From contig JAAOMT010000778.1 in assembly GCA_016748015.1 (NCBI GenBank), positions 129,176 through 193,175 of the forward strand: a stretch of 64,000 nt of DNA, in the 5' to 3' direction. The notes under the pieces were generated by a model. It did not search any database. It saw only the letters and a program-made list of their open reading frames with translations, and was not told the origin of the DNA. The translations under genes and the position numbers were made by a program. Of this stretch, positions 53,714-64,000 are shown in pieces (position 1 is the first letter of the stretch; every line of letters starts with the position of its first letter). This DNA is from Geosiphon pyriformis uo1. Taxonomy: Eukaryota > Fungi > Glomeromycota.

Positions 53714-55010
53714 GTAGTAATTCTTTTAAAACCATTAATTATTAAAAAAAATTTTAATAGCTTGTGTTTTAGCTATTAATTATTTGTTTTTTTACTGTTA
53801 ACAAATTAATATTTTGTTTAAAGAAATATTAAGAAAAAGTGAAAGTAATCCAATTTTTTTTTNNNNNNNNNNNNNNNNNNNNAAGAATCTGAAGGTAGAG
53901 AGATAGTCCATACTGTCAACAAATAATTATGTCTGGTATAATTCTATGTCTTATATTGGTGCTCTTAGAATTTAATATCAGGTATTAGATGTACTTTTCA
54001 GTCACGTTTTATTCAATAATCTTCAAATACTGTAATTACATGTTTTAAAAAAAGGGTAGGAAATAACCAACAAGTAATCTTTTATCTTTAAGATGTTCAG
54101 ATACTTGAAAGTAGGGAAAAGGAAATTAGCAATAAGAGAAGGATTGAGATGAAAGTTGTTATTTTATTTATTTGATTTCCTTGATTTTTTCATGTTTTTC
54201 TATAGCTAAGAGATTCATTACTTATATAATTGTCAAAAGTGGTCAATAATCAGGTCAACAACTAAGTCAATAATCAAGTTAATAATTAGGTCAACAGTCA
54301 GATTATTGATTAGGTCAATAATTACTTACTAAAAATAGAGTGGCTAATTTATGTAACATCAGTGGCTAATATATGTGATAATTAATAAAAAATATAAGTT
54401 TCAACTATAACAGTAGTAATTCTTTTAAAACCATTAATTATTAAAAAAAATTTTAATAGCTTGTGTTTTAGCTATTAATTATTTGTTTTTTTACTGTTAA
54501 CAAATTAATATTTTGTTTAAAGAAATATTAAGAAAAAGTGAAAGTAATCCAATTTTTTTTTCTATATCAAACTTAAGAGAACTTTGAGAAAAACCACAAT
54601 TTATATTATTAATTATTTTTTTGACTTTAAAAGTAGCAACAGCAAAACTTAAAAAAGATTCACTATTAATGTTTTTTATAATATTACTGTTTTTATTATT
54701 ATTAGACCAACTGTTTAAATCTAAGTACATACTACTAAGACTAAACTTGACCAATAATATATCTTTTTATCATTAAAGTATTTAATATTACCAAGAACTA
54801 ACCTTTTTTTTTAAGAAAAAAAAACCATTAGCAAAACCATGAAAAGCTTCTTTAGGCACTTTTTTCTTAAACATATTATTACCTAAAACAGTTTTCAAGT
54901 TTATAACAAAAAGGTTATTAAGTTGAAAAATATTAAAAAAAAGCAACAAAAAAAATAAAAACTTTTTTTTTAAAAATAGGCTTCTTGAAGAATTTTTGAA
55001 CATAAAAAAG
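53714..55010 (-). mobile_element. LINE ORF1 relic, 5' part (host of B2; includes the duplicated contig end)
   Basis: KKKVPKEAFHG..GFF..KKKV at 54788-54880. ...INGFKRIT abuts the B2 TSD and continues at 45980. Confidence 0.6.
53883..54561. other. Apparently exact duplicate of 53184-53862 across a 20-N scaffold gap (probable assembly overlap)
   Basis: No differences seen by eye, whereas all genuine LTR pairs here differ by many transitions. Confidence 0.85.
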
Positions 55011-55109
55011 AAAGAAATTTTTATCTAAATATCTGTATAACTTTTTTTTTCAATATTTTTTATATAAATAGTTTAATTTTACTAAAATTCAATATTTTTT
55101 AAAAAAATA

Positions 55110-55815
55110 ATATTATAATTAAAAATTATAGTTTTTATTAATTATTACATATATTAACCAATAATATTATATAATTAATCATTTTATTTTTAAATAATAA
55201 TTAATAATTTGGTTATTAATCTGATTATTAATATAATTATTGACTTGATTATTAACTTGATTATTGGCTTAATTGTTAATCTAATCATTAATTTAGTCAT
55301 TAATTCTTTTTAATAATTATATAAACAATGAATTTCTTAGTTGTAAAAAAGCATAAAATCAAAGTAATAAAAATAATTATTATGTATCCAATATTTTTTT
55401 CTATATTGTTTATTTTTCTTTTTCATTTTTTTATCTTTAAGTATTTAAATATCTGTAAATAAAGAATTACTTATTAATATTTACATATCTTATTTTTTTA
55501 TTATTTGTATTGTTAAAATTAGCCTAAAAAGCATTTTCATATTCTTATAATTTATTAAATAAAGAGATAATTAAAAAGCACGACAATATCTGTTATTAAT
55601 TCTAAGAATCATCAAGTAAAACATAGAATAATAGCAACAATATTATCTTGTTAACAATCATGAACTATTCTTCTACCTTCAAATTTCCAGAAAAGATTAA
55701 GCAACTGTAATTATACACATTGGATCCTTATAAATTTAATTCGCTCTTTTGATTGAATTTCTCTTTTTATTACTTTCAATAGCCTTTTTCTTTGCTATCC
55801 GTTAGCTTGTTTCTC
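55110..55815 (+). repeat. Degenerate family-B-like solo LTR upstream of GCN1
   Basis: Decayed 12-bp tgacctgatcat array (~55210-55300), then catagaat..., ttctaccttcaaatttccag and ttgctatccgttagcttgtt, colinear with the B LTR. Confidence 0.75.
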
Positions 55816-55870
55816 AAAAGTGCATGAGTATTTTAAAATTGAATTACAATAAAATATATTACTTAATTAA

Positions 55871-55945
55871 ATCATGTGAAAACTACGCTTCCAGATATGA
55901 TTGAAAGTCACATGATCTAATTTTTTTTCGATTTTTTATCACGTT
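55871..55945. promoter_or_regulatory. Candidate GCN1 promoter E-box-like sites
   Basis: Inverted pair ATCATGTGA (55871-55879) / TCACATGAT (55908-55916) plus ATCACGT (55938), 100-175 nt upstream of the ATG. Confidence 0.35.
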
Positions 55946-56044
55946 TATTTTGAAAAATTTGGGCTACAATTTTATTTGGCTATCTTTTCGTTAAAACAGT
56001 ATTTCTTTATCGATTTCCCTGATATTAACCAAGCTTAGTTCGTT

Positions 56045-59000
56045 ATGAACGAGAACATAGACCCAGTTGATGTTATAACTTTAGCCGATCTTTCTTGGGC
56101 AGATTTTATTAAAAACCGGGCTATTCTCCGAATTACAAGCTCGAAAACACGAGAGCGTTTAGATTTTCTGAATCATTCCTTACTGCCACGCATCAGGGCA
56201 GGAGGTGAGGTCTCATTCATTGATTCTAGTTTACTCAACAGCCAAATCTAATCATTTTTTATAAACAAGATCTCTCCGAAAAACTTATTGGAAGTTTACT
56301 TCACGTTGTCTTATTAACTTATCCGCGTTACAATGATCGAGAATCCCGTGCTACAGTGCTGACTGTTCTAAAAGAACTTAACAATTGGAATTCCGAGGCA
56401 TTCTTGAAATCATTTGTACCATTACTCGCCAAAGAAATTGATAAATTAAATAAAAAGAGTTCAGACGGGTAGGACGCTCAAGTACAAATAAGATTAGCAA
56501 CCAGCTCTTTCTCTTTAATAATGCGGTCAAGTAAACACACATCCACATTTCATCCACCTCAAGCATTTACACGACCTCCTCTACCTACCGATTTGTCCTT
56601 CTCACTTGGATCAACTCCATGATCACATTTACGTTGACATCGGTATCTTCTGAGTCATTTATAATGTGGAAGAGTCTGATTGACTTGCAAGCAATCTTAC
56701 TTGATTCGCTTGTAAATGAGAAGGAAAAACGTAAGAGCGTCACCCGTAGCGCTGTGGTGGATGTGAGGCGGTGTGTTCGAAAGGTGTGCTATAAATGTAA
56801 TTCTTTATTCTTACAAATGTATATTTATTGGGTCAAAAGCTTTTATTAATAAAAAATGAATTTGGGGGATAATATAGAATTATACCCATATCCCAGCAAT
56901 TATTAATCATTTGACACAAAGTAAGAAAGGGAGTGCTTCATTTCCTAACGCTGTACTTTTGGGTACTGTGATTGATTGTGCGTTAAGACTCAAAAAAAAC
57001 AATGATCGAGCTTTTGTCGACAACGCAAAGGTTAGGCCTTGAATAACGATTTTACCGAAACGCCAAGAATATATCAGATTGATTAGCAGAGTTTCAAGAA
57101 AACATTTCATGTTATCTATAAAAATGAAACCATGAGTAATCAATCGATCATGTTCTGGTGTTTTTTTTAAAGCACTGCCACTTACTTTTTCGCCTAAATG
57201 CCATGATTTCCCTATTTTTGAAAGGATGATATAATACAATTTTATCTGACGTCCATCGCATCATCAAAAATACCTGTACCTACTCAAACTGCGGTAAATC
57301 AGTAATAACCGTCTTTTTTGTTATCCTTTTTTAAGCATAGTCTCTGTAAAACTAAGATGGATTCTTTGTAGGACGCCTTTCACGATTTTATTCATTGTAC
57401 AGTCGTTGAACAAGATTTTCAAGAAAAATTTATTCCTACTCTAGAGAAATTGTTATTGAGAGCACCGGAGATCATTCTAAATGGTTCTTTTTTTAATAAC
57501 TTAAACACTCCCTTGAATTTAGTGATTAACTCCACTCCGAAGACCATATAACCTCACGATTTTTTTACAGTACTAATTTCCACCATAAAAGCTTTGGGGT
57601 TTGACACTTCAGTGGTTTTCAAAAATCATTTCTTGGAATCGTTACTTGGACATGTCAGATCCACCAATAAACTAGTTCAATCAGTTGCAATCGATATGTT
57701 GCACATATTTCTAGAAAAAAGTCAAAAGTCTGAAGTTGTCATCGAAATTGGAAAGCAGATGATTCATTATTTAAATGCAGGTTAGTTAACTCAAAACATT
57801 TTCTTGGATTTCCTAAACATTTCTCTGTAAAATAAAAATAATTCCACTCAAGGTAAAGTTACAAACCCCGAACATCGTGGGATTATAATTCAAGCCATTG
57901 GTCATGTTGATAAATCACCTGCTGTGGCAAGAACTATCGTCGAAGATCTTTTGCCAATTATTTCGAAAGAGAACAGTGAACAATCCTTGGCAAAAGCTAT
58001 TGACACGTTGATTTCCCATGCTGAGTTGTTAATAAACAATGAGAAGGAGAAGGCTGATTTAGATAAGATTGCCTTGGCAGTTTTTGAGGGGCTTTCTAGT
58101 AGCAAATTTGCCGTGAGAAAAGCTTGGACTATTGCCATTGGAAGGATTACATGGAACATAATCCAAGAACCTACCGATTTTCTGCGTGATATAATAAAAA
58201 AATGTCTCATTCCACTTATATCGACGCTGGATAAGATACAATCAAATCCATTAGTTTTCCCCGGAGGCCCTATAGAGGGATATATAACGATAGCCATAGT
58301 AGAAGGGAGAACGAAAAAGTGGCACGACAAGGAAATTGGTAAGTTTTTGTATAAATTCTTAATATTTCTTTAGACTAATTTTGTATTAACATCAATTTTT
58401 CTAGATGATTTACTTCGGACGAAAAAATTAACGCAAAATATTCTCGCTACCACACCCAAACTATCTTTTTGGCTCTGGGACAAAGTGTATTGCAAAATCA
58501 CAAATTATGAAGAAGGATTATGGTTTATTAGATCGATGGAGGGTTTTCTCTTTGGAGAGAATGAAATTGCATTAGAAAAGAAGGAATTGCGGTATCATTA
58601 AAACTTAATTCCTCAAGAATTATTATTTTTGAGTTTTTTCACACACTTATTCTTTCGATATAATTTAGGATCCTTCTCGCTACTGCCTACATTTTCTTAA
58701 TCACTGCTTCTCCCGATTTTCATACGCGTCGTGAGGCTTATGATAGTCTTGTCAGGTGTAACAAATACAACCCTAAACGCATGGGAACCATTATTCGCGA
58801 AGGAATGAATCAATGGGTTTTCCATGTAAATACATATGATACTTTGAGGCCTAAATCTATTTTCTCTTATGAATATATAATCAAATCGCATTATTTGATT
58901 GTGTTCCGTAGCTCGAAAAAAACGTCAAAGATTCTACTGCACATTTAGCTTCTACCTTTTCACAATCAGACGCATCAGTTAATGCCTACCAACTCTCAAG

Positions 59001-62000
59001 AGTTCTTACTGCCATTACTACATTCTCTGAGACTATTGAAAAAGGGTTGATTGAAAATTTATTAGTTGAGCTAATTTTGTTAGCTCATCATCCTGCCATT
59101 GGTTCGTATATTTTTTATTCATTCGCTTTAACTTTGTTGATCAAACTTTCAATCTTAATCAACATTTCACTTAATGCAATCGTGCTGTATGAAAATATAT
59201 TAGTATCTCCAACAAACAAATATAATTGGATCAGTTTGGCTCAAAGAGCGCGCCTTAACCCCGGAAATCTTGTAGAAGTATATCACAACCGATTAGCAGA
59301 ACTAATTTTCGAAAATATTAAATTTGGCAATGAGGTAAATTATTTTTAACCTAATTAGCATTGTCTTGCGATTATTAAACATTGATTTATAACTTAACAC
59401 CATATTAGTCAGAAAATTTTTATAAAGCTGCAATGTCGACTGTTTCCACTCTGGTCTTTATCTCGGCGGAGACAACAGTCCCACTATTTCTGGCCCAATC
59501 TAAGAATGATTTGGACAGTCAACTTCTCCAAAATATTGGAGATCAGGAGATTGGGATTTGGAAAACACCAGAAAACGTGTTATTTGTTGATGGTACGTTC
59601 AAGAGGAAGTTATGATGGTTTGTCTATTAGGCACATTATTTTCACTATCGAGAGGATAAGCTTAGCCTTGATAAATTTTCAATTAACTCTGTAATTTTTC
59701 ACTTTTCTAGTACTCAAACGCAATAAGCAAAAGATAGTAGAAAATCGTAATCGTAAAGATTACAACACAGAAAAGTGGGAGCAAGAGATCCGTGACGAGA
59801 TTGCAAAGAAAAAAGGTGCCGAGACTCGGAAGTTGACTAAAGATGAACAAGCCGCTGTCAATGCCCAATTGTTGAAGGAATCAAATGTTCGAAAACAAGT
59901 TCAAGAAGTTTATTTCAGATTTACTAGAGGACTCGATCTTGTACATTTTTTGATTACGGGAAATCTCCAGGCATTAGAGAATCATATTGCTGAATTAATG
60001 CATATTCTGATTTTTGCGGTAAAAAATGCCAGTGTTCTGATAGGTGATAAAGGGATCGATACCTTCTTGAATCTCGGCATTTGGACATCAGAAAATATAG
60101 CACCCATTCGTACTTCAATCGGTTTGGCAACAATTCGTATCATGGAGGCTCAGGAAATCCAAGAAAAATGGCTTGAAGAGCCCTTAGGAAGTCTTATAAC
60201 AAGAGTTCTCTATCGATTAAGGGTCATTACAGAGCGTACGCGATTATCCCCTGCTTCCTTTGCTTATTGTTTCCCCCTTATTTATCAAGTTATTAAAAAG
60301 GGGGGCTCGGTCTATAAAGATGACACGAACAAAGATAGCGAATTATCTATGGAGCAAGTTGCAATGGGATTGGATATAATATCGTTTCATTCTACAATTG
60401 GCAATTCATCATTAATTCCGCGTGGCGAGGTAATTGAGGCTCTAATGCACGTCATTAAAGAGTTCCCAAAATTAGCAAAAACTGCCAAGTCTGCACTCAT
60501 AGACTTATGCCAAGCAATCGGGGATACCGCTAAGGAACGAGAAATTGAAATTCTGTTAGATGGTTTACTTTGCTCCCAACCATTTGTCAGGAATGCATGT
60601 TTGCTGGCACTAGAATACCTTGATCTGACCGATAACGATTTTGAAAAGGAATTATGGATTACGCGTTTTGATGGAGACATAACTAATGCGAAATTGGCCG
60701 TTACACTTTGGGAAGATAATGGGATGGATGTAGAGTCAAACTATGCTACAGAATTATTACCCTTACTTATACATCCAGAGCATTATGTGCGAATAACCAC
60801 CTCAAAATCAATAGGTACCGCCGTTAAGTATTTTCCAGAAACTATTTCTGAAACGTTGACTGTTCTGTATAATCTTTATTCAGAAAAGGTGAATATTTTT
60901 TTGAATTGCTTTTCCTTTTTAATAATTCTTAATGCTTAAACATAAGTTTTTAAGACACTAGCTCTTAAGCCAGACTATAACGAGTTTGGAGTGATTATTC
61001 CCGAATCATTGAATAAGAAAGACAAATGGGAAGAAAGGATTGGAGTTGGTCTCGCTTTAAGTACTCTTGCTTCAAGTATGACATCTTCCGATCTCCTTCC
61101 CTTCTTCGAGTTTTTGATCAATCGAGAGGCTGTTGGGGATGTTCATCCTGAGGTTCGGCAGAAGATGTTAGAGGTAATGAATTCTTAAATATCGTCTAAA
61201 TATATTGCAACCAACTTTGTATCTCAAGATCCCACCTTGATATAGGCAGGTTTGGCTGTTGTTGATGCCCATGGTGGGGAAAATGTAACTTCTTTAATGC
61301 CTGTTTTCGAAAAATACCTTGATACACCTGCTCCCGACTCGGAAACTCATGATCGTATTCGGGAGTCTGTCGTTATTTGGTTTGGGGCTTTAGCACGCCA
61401 TCTTCACCCAACAGATCAGAGAATACCAGTAGTTATTGATAAGCTTTTAGAAACACTCAAAACTCCTTCAGAAACAGTCCAAGTAGCGGTTGGAGATTGT
61501 CTACCTCCTTTGATCAAAGCCATAAAAAACTCTGCCCCAGATCTAATTAATGGCTTACTCAACCGATTATATCATGACGAAAAATATGCTGAACGCCGGG
61601 GTGCTGCATACGGGCTTTCCGGGGTTATTAAAGGCACCGGCATTTCTGCACTGAAAGACTGTAATGTTATGAATTCACTTAAAGAAAATATTGGCAACAA
61701 AAAAGACTATAAGTGTAGGCAGGGGGCCTTGTTTGCATTCGAGACTTTATCTCAAGGACTTGGACGTCTTTTTGAACCATATGTAATTCAAATTTTGCCT
61801 TTGCTGTTAACCGCCTTCGGTGATACTAATCCAGATATTCGGGAAGCCGCTTCAGAAACAGCCAGGGTTATCATGAGTAAAATTAGTGGACATTGCGTAA
61901 AACTTATACTCCCTTCAATACTGTCAGGTTTAGATGATCGTCAATGGCGCACAAAGAAAGGCTCTGTTGAATTGTTAGGGACAATGGCTTTTTGTGCCCC

Positions 62001-64000
62001 CAAACAACTTTCAATATCTTTGCCCACAATCGTTCCACGATTGACTGATGTTCTTACAGATTCCCATACCCATGTTCAAGCGGCTGCGAATGAAGCCTTG
62101 TTACACTTTGGTGAAGTCATTAGCAATCCAGAAATTAAAGAGCTTGTGCCAATATTATTGCAAGCTTTGAGTGATCCTGATAAAAATACAAATGCAGCGC
62201 TAGATGCCTTGCTCGAGACCGCTTTTGTTCATTATATTGATGGGCCCTCTTTAGCTTTGGTAAGAAAACTGTTTTCTCTTTCAAATATTCCTCGTATTTT
62301 TTAATGCCATTAATATTATGTAGGTTATGCCAATCCTCGAACGTGGTTTGAAAGAACGAAGTACTGATGTCAAGAAGAAATCGTCTCAGATTGTGGGAAA
62401 TATGGCTTCCTTGACGGATTTCAAGGATTTGATCCCCTATTTGGAACGCTTGTTACCTGGTCTTAAAGAAGTCTTGGTTGATCCTGTACCAGAAGCTCGA
62501 TCTACAGCTGCAAAAGCTTTGGGCACTTTAGTAGAAAGATTAGGAGAAGATAAATTCCCAACCCTTGTCACTGAGCTTGTAAATACCCTTAAATCTGATA
62601 CAAGTGGAGTTGATAGACAAGGTGCTGCGCAAGGCCTTAGTGAAGTTTTGGCTGGCTTGGGACTAGAACGTCTTGATGGGCTTTTACCCGATATAGTGAC
62701 CAACTCTGAAAGTCCAAAATCTTACGTTCGTGAGGGATTCATATCGTTGCTTATCTACTTGCCAGCTACTTTTGGCCTTCGTTTTCAGCCATATCTAGGG
62801 CGTATTATTCCACCAATATTGGCTGGTCTCGCAGATGATTCCGAATACGTTCGGGATGCATCCTTACGTGCTGGCCAAATGATAGTCGCCAATTATGCCA
62901 CCAAAGCTGTGGATTTATTACTTCCCGAATTAGAAAGGGGATTGTTTGATGATAACTGGAGGATACGGCAAAGCTCTGTTCAACTGATGGGCGATTTACT
63001 ATACAGAATTACTGGAATCAGTGGCAAATCTGAAGAACTTGAGGGTGATGAAGATGAGACTGGTGGTACCGAAGCTAGCAGGAAAGCTTTACTGGAAGTT
63101 CTGGGCAAAGAAAGAAGAGATCGTGTATTAGCCGCTTTGTATATAGTTCGACAAGATGGTATAAATATTACAAACTTGCTCTTCAATTCTGTTATTTATG
63201 TCACCTATATTTAACTTCAACTTATTTGCGAATCAAAAGTTTCTGGAATCCTCCGTCAAGCCTCCCTTCATGTATGGAAGGCAATTGTATCAAATACCCC
63301 TCGAACTATCAAAGACATTCTACTAGTTATGATGGGGATGATAATTCAAAATCTCGCTGCGCCTAGTTATGAGCGTCGGCAAGTGGCTGCACGCACTTTA
63401 GGTGAACTAGTCCGCAAGCTTGGTGAAGGTGTGCTAACTGAAATAATACCAATTTTAGAGAAAGGTCTTGAATCGACCGAGGCTGAGACACGCCAGGGTG
63501 TATGTGTCGGTTTAAACGAAATCATGAGCACTGCCAGTAGACTGCATATTATAGAATATGTAGATTCTCTTGTTCCTGCTGTGCGGAGAGCTTTGGTAGA
63601 CGAATCGGGTGAAGTCCGCGAAGCTGCTGCACAAGGTAAGCATTGATCTTTTTCATCCAATGTTATGGCCGATACTCATTTGCTTTGAAGTATTAGTAAT
63701 ATTTATCTTATCTTACATTTAGCTTTTGATACACTTCACCAGCATGTGGGGCCTAAAGCAATAGACGAGATTTTACCCTCACTTCTTAATTCCCTTCAAT
63801 CTGGCGAGAACTCCGACTATGCCTTGGAAGCTTTGAAAGAGATAATGGCAGTTCGGGCGAATGTTGTGTTCCCCGTTCTTATTCCTACTCTCATCACTAT
63901 CCCTATCACTTCATTCAATGCTCGCGCTCTGGCTTCCCTTGTATCAGTGGCTGGCTCTGCCCTTAATAAACGCCTTACGAGTATACTTAATGCCCTTGTG
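56045..64000 (+). CDS. GCN1: eIF2-alpha kinase activator GCN1 (HEAT-repeat); about 19 exons in the window, 3' end beyond the window
   Basis: [89 protein letters not shown]. Short GT-AG introns (e.g. 56205-56269, 56469-56563, 62260-62323). No internal stops seen. Confidence 0.97.

Noticed and set aside
53184-54561. Tandem third LTR / real segmental duplication
   Set aside because: The two copies look identical, include flank beyond the LTR and sit on either side of an N-gap. This is typical of an unmerged contig overlap.

Overview
Eukaryotic fungal genomic DNA. The gene style and TE families suggest Glomeromycotina, possibly Geosiphon-like; this is inference, not a database result. Two intron-rich housekeeping genes diverge head-to-head: CDC5/CEF1 (minus strand, ATG at 2070) and GCN1 (plus strand, ATG at 56045). 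They are separated by a ~54 kb island made almost entirely of nested, transition-riddled transposons. The island holds one full-length LINE (APE-RT-RNase H, 12-bp TSD) and two LINE ORF1 relics. It also holds at least five Ty3/Gypsy LTR families (labelled A-E here), including three full-length copies with 4-bp TSDs and two non-autonomous derivatives carrying an 87-bp-type tandem array, plus a Tc1 (DD34E) element inserted in a hAT relic. The most notable signals are: (1) a conserved, uncharacterised ~210-220 aa third ORF after integrase in two different Gypsy families; (2) a Gypsy polyprotein with a multi-CxxC domain, a dUTPase and a pseudo-dUTPase between protease and RT; (3) an 'anti-PBS' tRNA-3'-end mimic in U5 that can fold onto the primer-binding site in three LTR families; (4) a U_UUA_AAC -1 frameshift signal in family B; (5) RIP-like C>T/G>A hypermutation confined to the repeats. 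A 679-bp duplication across the N-gap is probably an assembly artefact.
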